Shown here piece by piece: positions 42,865 to 51,300 of a stretch of 64,000 nucleotides of DNA. Numbering within the stretch: the stretch's first letter is position 1; every line of letters begins with the position of its first letter. Made by a program: the position numbers and the translations under genes. Source of the stretch: an uncultured Christensenella sp. (GTDB taxonomy: Bacteria > Bacillota > Clostridia > Christensenellales > UBA1242); contig CAJTYR010000004.1 in assembly GCA_910584295.1 (NCBI GenBank), positions 41,496 to 105,495 on the forward strand. Reading direction: 5' to 3'. The notes beneath the pieces were generated by a model, which searched no databases, was not told where the DNA came from, and was given only the letters and a program-made list of their open reading frames with translations.

Positions 42865-44673
42865 ATGGATTTGAATTTTAAATTGGTTTCAATGATTTCA
42901 GAAAGTTTGGGTGAATATATGAGGGCATTTGCTGTTGAGCCTCAATATTACGATTTGTCAAAACTTGTTGTTTCTTTTTCAAATCGTCCAGAACTTTGTG
43001 ACTATCAAACAAATGTCGCAATGCTTATTGCAAAAAAAGTGGGGCAAAAGCCACTTGACATTGCAAACAAAATTGTCTCAAACATCAAGCCAAATGATGA
43101 GTTTGAATTTTTTGCTGTCGAGCCGGGGTTTATCAACATCAAAGTGAAGAACAATCGGCTGTCAAGATATGCAAATTTGGTGATGTATGACGGCAATCTA
43201 GGGATTCCTCGTGTCTTTCATCCAAGAGTTGTTCTGTTTGATTATGGTGGTGCAAATGTTGCAAAAGAGCTGCATGTGGGGCACTTGCGTTCTCCAATTG
43301 TAGGTGAGGCTCTTAAAAGACTTCATATGGTTATGGGAGATAAGACCATCTCTGATGTTCACCTGGGTGATTATGGTTTGCAAATGGGATTGACTATTTT
43401 GCAACTCAAAGAAGATGGCTATCTTGACAAATTCTTTAAAGACATTGTTGAGCATTATGACAATATTTCGCTTGATAATGTCACACTTGATCTTTTGAAT
43501 GAAGAATATCCAAAAGCAAGCAAACGCAAAGATGTGGATGAACAATTCAAGAAAATAGCAGATGAATATACGCTTTTCATCCAACAACATAAAGAGCCTT
43601 ATTTCTCTATATATAATAAGATTAGAAAGCTTTCCGTCGTTGAAATTAAGAAAAATTATGAGCTTCTTAATACGACTTTTGATTTTTATCTTGGTGAGAG
43701 TGATGCATATCCATATATTGACGAGACAATTCAAATCTTTGTTGACAAGAAACTTTCAAGAGAGAGTGAAGGTGCTTTGGTGGTTGATATTGCAAGAGAA
43801 GGAGAGCATGTCCCAATTCCAAAGAAGAGTGAAGATGAACCACAACGCTATAAAAATCCAATGCCTCCAGCAATCATCAAAAAGTATAATGGTGGAGATT
43901 TGTATGCCACTACTGATATCGCCACAATTCTCATGAGAAACAGAACTTTTAAGCCTCATGAAATTGTCTATGTAACTGACAATCGTCAATCTGGGCATTT
44001 TGAGCAGGTGTTCAGATGTAGCAAACTTGCAGAAATCTCTCCAGAAGGACAAAAGCTTACTCATGTTGCTTTTGGCACAATGAATGGTCGTGATGGAAAA
44101 CCTTTCAAGACTAGGGCTGGCGGAACGGTGAAATATAAGGATGTTGTTTCTTTGCTTGTGGAAAGTGCAGAGAAGAAACTGGCTGAGAATGGCATTGTCG
44201 GAGATAAAGAACTTGCAAGAAAAATTGGTGTGGGTGCGATGAAGTTTGGGGATTTGTCTAACACTGTTGCAAAAGATTATGTTTTTGACATTGACAAATT
44301 CTTGTCATTTGATGGAAAAACCGGTCCTTACATTCAATATACAATTGCTCGAATCAATTCCATTCTTTCAAAAGCGAATGGGAAATATGGCGCTGTCAGT
44401 GTTGAAACAGAAGAGGAAAGAAATATTGTGTTGGCAATTTTGAAGCTCAACTCTTCCTATAAGGTTTGTTATGACAGCTATTCTCTCAATACATTGTGCC
44501 TCGCTGCTTTTGACCTTGCGAGTGCATTCTCAACTTTCTATAACAATTGCAAGATTTTGACAGAACAAAATGAAGAAAGAAAATTGGCAATGCTTGGCAT
44601 TTGTTGTCTTGTTAAGAAGTGTCTTGAAAAAGCGCTTTGGACACTTGGAATTGATGCTGTTGAGAAGATGTAA
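42865..44673 (+). CDS. argS: arginine--tRNA ligase
   Basis: HVGHLRS (HIGH-type) and typical ArgRS anticodon-binding C-terminus. Start set at ATG 42865 (GGAG SD). The upstream 42 codons of the ORF track cover a terminator and promoter. Confidence 0.93.
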   Translation: MDLNFKLVSMISESLGEYMRAFAVEPQYYDLSKLVVSFSNRPELCDYQTNVAMLIAKKVGQKPLDIANKIVSNIKPNDEFEFFAVEPGFINIKVKNNRLSRYANLVMYDGNLGIPRVFHPRVVLFDYGGANVAKELHVGHLRSPIVGEALKRLHMVMGDKTISDVHLGDYGLQMGLTILQLKEDGYLDKFFKDIVEHYDNISLDNVTLDLLNEEYPKASKRKDVDEQFKKIADEYTLFIQQHKEPYFSIYNKIRKLSVVEIKKNYELLNTTFDFYLGESDAYPYIDETIQIFVDKKLSRESEGALVVDIAREGEHVPIPKKSEDEPQRYKNPMPPAIIKKYNGGDLYATTDIATILMRNRTFKPHEIVYVTDNRQSGHFEQVFRCSKLAEISPEGQKLTHVAFGTMNGRDGKPFKTRAGGTVKYKDVVSLLVESAEKKLAENGIVGDKELARKIGVGAMKFGDLSNTVAKDYVFDIDKFLSFDGKTGPYIQYTIARINSILSKANGKYGAVSVETEEERNIVLAILKLNSSYKVCYDSYSLNTLCLAAFDLASAFSTFYNNCKILTEQNEERKLAMLGICCLVKKCLEKALWTLGIDAVEKM

Positions 44674-44685
44674 AAAAGTTTGAAG

Positions 44686-44731
44686 AATTTTGAAAAAGGG
44701 TATTTACAAACGCAAAGTTTTGTGGTATTAT
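44686..44731 (+). promoter_or_regulatory. promoter plus conserved upstream element (copy 2) of the 113-aa gene
   Basis: AATTTTGAAAAAGGGTATTTACAAACGC (44686-44713) with -35 TTTACA (44703-08), 17 nt, TGg-TATTAT (44723-31). 27/28 identical to the reverse complement of 35129-35156. Confidence 0.7.
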
Positions 44732-44769
44732 ATGGCTGTAAATAAATGAAACACACGGAGGTATACGAA

Positions 44770-45111
44770 ATGGCAAATGTTAAAAACGAATCAACTGCTT
44801 ATGGTTTGAATGTAAATTGTCTTACAGCAGATGGGGCACTTAATAAATATATGGCTGTCAATATTGGTTTGGGAGGCAAGACATCAGTAAGAGATGTTTT
44901 GAGAGCTACAGAATTTGCGGACAGAAAAACTGATCTTCCAAAAGTGACAATTGACACTTCAAAAATTCATATTGAAGGTTTGGAATGCAAAACTCCACAT
45001 GGGGCAGTTAAGGAAGTGAAAGCATCAGCAATCATTCCACCAAAATTTTTGAATGCTTCAAAAAATTCAACACATTCTCGTGAAGAAGCGGTGTTTGGAA
45101 GAAATCGTTAA
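44770..45111 (+). CDS. hypothetical cytoplasmic protein (113 aa)
   Basis: GGAGG SD (44757-61) 8 nt before ATG 44770. MANVKNESTAYGLNVN... No family recognised. Confidence 0.7.
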   Translation: MANVKNESTAYGLNVNCLTADGALNKYMAVNIGLGGKTSVRDVLRATEFADRKTDLPKVTIDTSKIHIEGLECKTPHGAVKEVKASAIIPPKFLNASKNSTHSREEAVFGRNR

Positions 45112-45120
45112 ACACAACAA

Positions 45121-45150
45121 AAAATCGCAAAAATTTTGCGATTTTTTTTA
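45121..45150 (+). terminator. terminator after the 113-aa gene
   Basis: AAAATCGCAAAA-a-TTTTGCGATTTT palindrome followed by extra T residues. Confidence 0.7.
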
Positions 45151-45220
45151 AATCATTTTGAAATTATATTTTTATATGATAAAATCAATATATAAAACAA
45201 ATGTTTCTTGGAGATTTGTG

Positions 45221-45493
45221 ATGGAAAAGTTTAAGCAATACCTTTATCCTGCCATTTTTGTTAAAGACGAAGATGATGCATATCAAGTTATTTTCCCAGA
45301 TTTGGACATTTTTACAGATGGAGTAAATTTGTCTGAAGCATATTTGGCAGCAAAAGAACTTTTGCGTGTCTACTTTTCTTATGTTCATAAATATGAAATT
45401 GAATATAACAATCCAACAAAACTTGAAGAACTTTCAAAAAGATGCAAAGAAAATGAAACTGTATTGCTTGTTGATGCTTACGTAAACAACTAA
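45221..45493 (+). CDS. HicB-like antitoxin-fold protein (N-domain only, orphan)
   Basis: MEKFKQYLYPAIFVKDEDDAYQVIFPDLDIFTDGVNLSEAYLAAKELL fits the YPA.F...EDG.Y.V.FPDLPG..T.G....EA pattern of HicB-family N-domains. GGAG SD before ATG 45221. About 90 aa, with no RHH/HTH tail. Confidence 0.6.
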   Translation: MEKFKQYLYPAIFVKDEDDAYQVIFPDLDIFTDGVNLSEAYLAAKELLRVYFSYVHKYEIEYNNPTKLEELSKRCKENETVLLVDAYVNN

Positions 45494-45499
45494 AAATTT

Positions 45500-45526
45500 A
45501 AGTCGCAATTGAAGCGACTTTTTTTG
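45500..45526 (+). terminator. terminator after the HicB-like gene
   Basis: AAGTCGC (45500-06), 7-nt loop, GCGACTT (45514-20), then TTTTT. Confidence 0.75.
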
Positions 45527-45590
45527 TTGAAAGCAAAAGAATGAGCAATAAAAAATTTTAAAATATTTTTCACTCTTTCCTCCAAAACAC

Positions 45591-45619
45591 TTGACTTATT
45601 GGGATGTCTATGATATATT
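45591..45619 (+). promoter_or_regulatory. promoter of the rpmG-secE-nusG cluster
   Basis: TTGACT (45591-96), 17 nt, TGa-TATATT (45611-19). Confidence 0.6.
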
Positions 45620-45669
45620 TATTTCGACACTTTCAAAGGGTGTTAGTTTTTTTGTTAGGAGATAAAATC

Positions 45670-45831
45670 ATGGCAGCACCAAAACGCAAGATTATTACAC
45701 TTGAATGTACAGAATGTAAAGAAAGAAACTATTCTACAATGAAAAATACAACAAACAATTCAGAAAGAATAGAAATCAACAAGTTTTGTCCAAGATGCAA
45801 TAAGAGAACAAAACATAAAGAAACAAAATAG
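45670..45831 (+). CDS. rpmG: 50S ribosomal protein L33
   Basis: 53 aa, [23 protein letters not shown]...[14 protein letters not shown] (CxxC...CxxC). AGGAG SD. Confidence 0.92.
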   Translation: MAAPKRKIITLECTECKERNYSTMKNTTNNSERIEINKFCPRCNKRTKHKETK

Positions 45832-45846
45832 TATTTGGAGGAAAAT

Positions 45847-46215
45847 ATGTCAAAGAAGCAAAAAGCTCTTGAAGCGGAAATTGCAAATGACAATTCACAG
45901 GCGCAAGACAACATCTCTCAAGGTGTAGTTGCTCCTGCTGGAAAGACCAATAAAAAAGAAAAGACCAAAGACAAAGAAAAAAACAAGAAAAAGAAAAAAG
46001 ACAAAAAAGAGAAAAGAGGTTTCGGCAAGCGCGTTAAAGAAACTGCTTCCGAACTTAAGAAAGTGACATGGCCTTCTTTTGGCGAAGTGTGCAAAAAGAC
46101 AGGTATCGTTATCGCTTTCGTGGTTATTTTTGGAGTGTTCTTGTTTGGGGTTAACTATTTGCTGGGCGGGCTTGTCAGCTTGCTTAATAATGGAACTTGG
46201 AATCCATTCAAATAG
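45847..46215 (+). CDS. secE: preprotein translocase subunit SecE (with a K-rich N-terminal extension)
   Basis: C-terminal ELKKVTWPSFGEVCKKTGIVIAFVVIFGVFLFGVNYLL is canonical SecE. GGAGG SD. Conserved rpmG-secE-nusG order. Confidence 0.88.
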   Translation: MSKKQKALEAEIANDNSQAQDNISQGVVAPAGKTNKKEKTKDKEKNKKKKKDKKEKRGFGKRVKETASELKKVTWPSFGEVCKKTGIVIAFVVIFGVFLFGVNYLLGGLVSLLNNGTWNPFK

Positions 46216-46302
46216 AAAACCTTTTCAAAAGGGTTGGTTTCTCTTTTGATGGTTAAATTTGGACATATTTCAGAAAAAGAAAATTTAAGGGGTATAAAAA
46301 AT

Positions 46303-46830
46303 ATGGAACATTCAACAGAACCAAAATGGTATGTTCTTCACACTTTTTCAGGATATGAAAATGTTGCGAAGGAAAATCTTGAAACAGTTGTTGAAAAGTT
46401 TAATTTACAAGACAGAATTTTTGACATCATCATTCCAGAAGAAGATGTCATCGAAGAAAAAAATGGCAAGAAAAAGCTGGTTACAAGAAAAAGTATGCCT
46501 TGCTATTTGTTTGTTAAGATGATTTATGGGGATGACCTTTGGCATAATGTGACAAGAACTCGTGGAATCACAGGTTTTGTTGGACCAAAAGGGAGGCCTC
46601 TTGCTTTGACCGAAGACGAAGTTATCAAAAACAGACTTGAAAAAATCAAGGTTGAAACAGACATTGAAGTTGGTGATCAAGTTGAAATTGTTGAAGGTGC
46701 TCTTGATAAAATGATTGGAACGGTTGTTGCAGTTGACACTGACACTCAAAAAATCAAAGTTACTGTTGAAATGTTTGGAAGGGAAAACAATGTCGAACTT
46801 GAATTTGGTCAAGTTCGAAAAATCAAGTGA
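46303..46830 (+). CDS. nusG: transcription termination/antitermination protein NusG
   Basis: KWYVLHTFSGYENVAKENL NGN domain and C-terminal KOW (GDQVEIVEGALDKMIGTVVAVD). Start at ATG 46303 after AAGGGG. Confidence 0.93.
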   Translation: MEHSTEPKWYVLHTFSGYENVAKENLETVVEKFNLQDRIFDIIIPEEDVIEEKNGKKKLVTRKSMPCYLFVKMIYGDDLWHNVTRTRGITGFVGPKGRPLALTEDEVIKNRLEKIKVETDIEVGDQVEIVEGALDKMIGTVVAVDTDTQKIKVTVEMFGRENNVELEFGQVRKIK

Positions 46831-46926
46831 CAACTCACTTAGTGCTTAAAAACTGACATTAAATATGGTTTTTATTAGGTTTTTTGCAAAAATCTATTTA
46901 ATATTGTCCTCAGCATGACATTAAAA

Positions 46927-46951
46927 GGCTAGTATTGTGGGAGAACTAGCC
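46927..46951 (+). promoter_or_regulatory. hairpin in the rplK leader, candidate L1-binding autoregulatory element
   Basis: GGCTAGT (46927-33), loop ATTGTGGGAGA, ACTAGCC (46945-51), about 35 nt before the rplK ATG. GGGAG-containing loop in the position of the L1 leader. Confidence 0.35.
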
Positions 46952-46986
46952 AAAGTTCAATAAAACCACATTAGGAGGAAGAAAAA

Positions 46987-47412
46987 ATGGCAAAAAAAGT
47001 AAAAGCAGTTGTAAAATTACAACTTGATGCTGGCAAAGCTACTGCTGGACCTCCAGTAGGTTCATCACTTGGACCTCACGGAATCAACATCGGTGGATTT
47101 GTTAAAGAATTTAACGAAAAAACAGCATCTCAAGCAGGTTTCATTATTCCTGTTGTGATCACTATCTATGAAGATAGAAGTTTCACATTTGAATTGAAAA
47201 CTCCACCTGCAGCAGTCCTTATCAAAAAGGCTATTGGTCTTGACAAAGGTTCTGCAAAACCAAACTCATCAAAAGTCGGAAAAATCACAAAAGAACAAAT
47301 CAGAAAGATTGCAGAGACAAAGATGCCAGATCTCAATGCTTCTTCAATCGAAAGTGCTATGTCCATGATTGCTGGTGCAGCAAGAAGCATGGGCGTTGAA
47401 GTGATTGACTAG
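46987..47412 (+). CDS. rplK: 50S ribosomal protein L11
   Basis: [35 protein letters not shown], canonical L11. Confidence 0.96.
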   Translation: MAKKVKAVVKLQLDAGKATAGPPVGSSLGPHGINIGGFVKEFNEKTASQAGFIIPVVITIYEDRSFTFELKTPPAAVLIKKAIGLDKGSAKPNSSKVGKITKEQIRKIAETKMPDLNASSIESAMSMIAGAARSMGVEVID

Positions 47413-47420
47413 GAGGCGTT

Positions 47421-48104
47421 ATGAATAAAGGGAAAAGATATACAAAAAGTCTTGAAGCTTTTGACAGAACAGCTTCTTATGACATTAAAAAGGCACTTGA
47501 TAATGTTATTGCAACTTCAACAGCAAAGTTTGATGAAACAATTGAATTGCACATAAAACTTGGCGTTGATGGAAGAAATGCAGATCAACAAGTTCGTGGT
47601 GTTGTTGTACTTCCAAACGGAACAGGTAAATCTGTGAAGGTTTTGGTTATCGCACGTGGCGACAAAGCTGACGAAGCTACAAAAGCTGGAGCAGACTATG
47701 TTGGCGCAGAAGAAATTGTTGCAAAAATCAACGGTGGTTGGTTGGATTTTGACGTTGCAATCACAACTCCAGATATGATGGGCGTTGTTGGTAGAATTGC
47801 AAAAATCCTCGGACCAAAAGGTTTGATGCCAAACCCAAAGAGCGGAACTGTTACCACAGATGTTGCAAAGGCTATCAAAGATGTTAAAGCCGGAAAAGTT
47901 GAATACAGACTTGACAAAACAAACAACGTTCACGTTGTAATCGGCAAAAAGAGTTTTGGACAAGAAAAACTCGCTGAAAACTTCAATACTGTTATGGACG
48001 CTATCGTTAAGGCAAAACCAGCAGCTGCAAAAGGTCAATATATCAGAAGCGTAACTTTGGCTTCAACAATGGGCCCTGGAGTGAAGGTTTCCTACAACAT
48101 TTAA
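47421..48104 (+). CDS. rplA: 50S ribosomal protein L1
   Basis: [34 protein letters not shown], canonical L1. 227 aa. Confidence 0.96.
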   Translation: MNKGKRYTKSLEAFDRTASYDIKKALDNVIATSTAKFDETIELHIKLGVDGRNADQQVRGVVVLPNGTGKSVKVLVIARGDKADEATKAGADYVGAEEIVAKINGGWLDFDVAITTPDMMGVVGRIAKILGPKGLMPNPKSGTVTTDVAKAIKDVKAGKVEYRLDKTNNVHVVIGKKSFGQEKLAENFNTVMDAIVKAKPAAAKGQYIRSVTLASTMGPGVKVSYNI

Positions 48105-48111
48105 TGATTTT

Positions 48112-48133
48112 AAAGCAGGCGTCGTCCTGCTTT
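48112..48133 (+). terminator. hairpin/terminator after rplA
   Basis: AAAGCAGG (48112-19), loop CGTCGT, CCTGCTTT (48126-33). The T tract is short, so strength is uncertain. Confidence 0.55.
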
Positions 48134-48240
48134 ATGTCATTTGCAAGGATGCCTTTTTTCGACAATAAAAGTGTTTTTATTTTCGCATACAATGGAAAAG
48201 ACATTCGCAAAATACTTTTAAATTTCAAAGTGTATTTCGT

Positions 48241-48269
48241 TTGACTTGCACTTTGAATTTAGATAAAAT
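48241..48269 (+). promoter_or_regulatory. promoter of the 1,454-codon gene
   Basis: TTGACT (48241-46), 17 nt, TAAAAT (48264-69). Followed by the imperfect palindrome ATGTCTtATAT-aa-ATATAGACAT (48270-92). Confidence 0.5.
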
Positions 48270-48310
48270 ATGTCTTATATAAATATAGACATTTAAGGAG
48301 ATTTTACTTT

Positions 48311-51300
48311 ATGAAATTAAAAAGAAAAAATCGCTCAGTTTTGTTTAGAGGATTGGTGCTTGGGATGGCTATGGCTTTCACTGTGCTTTGTTTCCCAGTG
48401 AACGAGCTTGCTGCTTCAGCAAAAACTCTTGACAATTTCACAGACTACACATTCATGACAATCGGAACAAAAAAAGAGGCTGTTGAAACTGTTGTAAACA
48501 AAGGTGCAACATATGTTGCTCCAAAAGCTTATATTGGTGGAGACAAAAACCGTGCTGTTGGAACAAGCATCTCTGACAAGGATCTTTCAGCTGACGTTAA
48601 ACTTTTGTCCTCAAAAGTGACTGTGAAATATAGTTCTGAAATTGTTGGTGAAGTTGTTGATGGAACCCCTAAAGAAGGTGGTGCAGTCACTGTTTCTAGC
48701 GACGGAAATGCACAATTCAAAGCAGAAAGAGTCGGTTCTTACACTGTGACATATTCTTACACTTACACAGTTAAGGGCGTGGAATACACAAACAGTTATG
48801 ATATGACTGTCACAAGTGAAATCACAGATGCTGACATCAATTTTGAAGATAATCAAAAAGTGTTCTTGCCAAGCATTCTTGACCTTAAGTTGGCTGAAAA
48901 GAATGGAAAATATAAGGATATGTATATCCCTATGCCAGAACTTTTGGACGACAAGGGTGATGAAGTTGACACAACAAGTGAAGACTTTGAATTTATTACA
49001 GAAAGAGCAAAACTTGGAGATAAGAAGCAACAACTTTTGATTGAAGTTTCTTCAACCGCAAATGGAAAAGTTGCAGTTTCTGGTGATGCTGAAACTGGTT
49101 TCTATCTTGCAGGCAGTGTTTTCGATGAAAATGATCCAGAAAATCCTGGCACAAAGAAGGCTGTTGCTGGAAAATATACTGTGACATATTCTTATTATGA
49201 AAATGGAAACTTTGTTGCATCAACAACAAAAACTACTCAAGTTTATGCAAAAAGTGATGCACACTACAAAGACTATTCTCTTCGTTTGAAGCTTAACTCT
49301 GATTTTGTTGACAATGGACAAACAGGTGTTGAATCTTCACTTCCAACAGCATCAGGTGTTACTTCAACTTCAACTACTCCAAAGAGTGAAGCTGTTGATA
49401 TTTACTATACAGTTTCTGTATACTACAAAACTTCAACAGGTTCTTACAAACTGATTGATGCTGACAAATATAATGCAACAGTCAAAGAAGACGAAGACAA
49501 AATTGTAAACGAAGACGGAACATTGGTTAACCCAACAAAGTTTAAGCCTTTGGATGATGGTTATTATTCATTTGTTTATGAAGCATACGACTATTATTAT
49601 GATGCAGCTGCTGGAAAGGGCGCAAGCGTAAACAAAAATCATTACTTCAAGACAGATCTTGGAAGCAACGAATTTAAAAATATCAAAGATGAAAAGGATC
49701 CAACTCCAGTTGTTTATGAAGCAACAAAGGATGGTTCTTTGGATGGAGTAGATGCTTCATCAAAAATGGCAACAAGAGCAAACGCAGAAAGCGTTGTGAT
49801 CTATGCAATTGGCATTGATGACAATGTTTCAAAGGCAGGCGAAGAAGGTGTTGTTCTCACAAGAAAAATTATGACAGATGAAACTGTTTCAAAAATCACT
49901 CTTTCTTCAACAGATGCAAGAGATTTGAGCAGTTACAACCTTATCTTCAACTATGCTGGAAAGTTTGACTCAAAAGCAACTGAAAAGAATTATGGAAGAA
50001 TTGGACTTAAAAACAACAACTATCTTATCCGTCACAGAATGGAAAAAGAAAGCGTTGCAGACACTGAAGAAGCAACACTTGCATGGCTTCTTGAAAACAA
50101 ATATTTGATTGTTGTTGACAACAAAAATGCAGGAAGACTTTATGAAAACTTTAAAGACAGCGGCATTTTTGATGCAACTGTAACTGACGAAAAGACAGCT
50201 TTTGAATGGTTCAAGAGTGATGATGCTTTTGCAAAGGGCTTCGCATATATCAACTGCGACCAAACATTTGGCTCTTCTGCAGCAATTTCAGGTGGAATGG
50301 GAGTTGGTCAATACTACATTCACTATGTTGCAAAAGATGCAGCAGGAAATGAAACAGACATCTATAAGAGACTTTATGTTCGTGATTATGAAGACAAAAA
50401 GAGTCCAGATATCACATTCTCAACAACACTTAAAGATTCTTATATGCCAAACTCAAAAATCACATTCAACGCACCAACTGCAACTGATGAGATTGACGAA
50501 AATATGACAACACATGTTATGTATCGTTATCTTACCAAATCAGGAGATGTACTTGAAGTTGTTGACAAAAAAGACAATGTTGTTTCAAAAAATAACCTTG
50601 TTGATCTTTGGCAACATTTGGGTACAGATCCAGATGGGGAAGGTGTGAGAGATGACAACAATACACTTTTGACAGAAAAGTATAAGGCTTATCATACAGA
50701 TGAAAACGATGGTTATGTTGACATCACAGATGCAAAAGCAAGTTCGTTTACAATTGACTTGAGTGAAGTTGAAGGCGCAGCAAAACTTCAAATTGTAGTT
50801 TACACATATGATGATGCTGGAAACCCAATGCTCCATGCTCAAACAATTGATATCAACAACATTCAAGACGAATTTCCACCACAACTTTTGGGTGTAAGTT
50901 CAGTTGGAAAAGATTTTGTCAACAAGTTTGAACAACATGCAACAATTGCACTTCCAAAAGTTACTGTTGCGGATGATGCGGTTTCGTATGTGACAAGTGA
51001 AATTAATGTTGACAGAATTGAAGATGGAGAAAGATATTCTTATCCAGTAAGAGAAATCAATGTTGACAGAGAAAACCACGAAGGTTCAGGAAAATACATC
51101 GTTGATGCTGGAAACTTTGTTGCAGCTGAAAGCGGTGACTATCAAGTAAGCATTGCAGTTAAGGATGCAAACAACAAAACAATCGTTGTATTTGCAAACT
51201 ATAAAGTTGACCCAAGAGCAATTGTTCAAGATCCAGTGATCAATTCAACCCTTACAAGTCAAGAAGTTGAACTTGATGACAAGCCAGAAATTGAAATACC

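Noticed and set aside
44674-45670. Search for a HicA-type toxin ORF next to the HicB-like gene, including ORFs under 60 codons.
   Set aside because: The intergenic space is filled by terminators and promoters. The upstream 113-aa protein does not match the HicA pattern.
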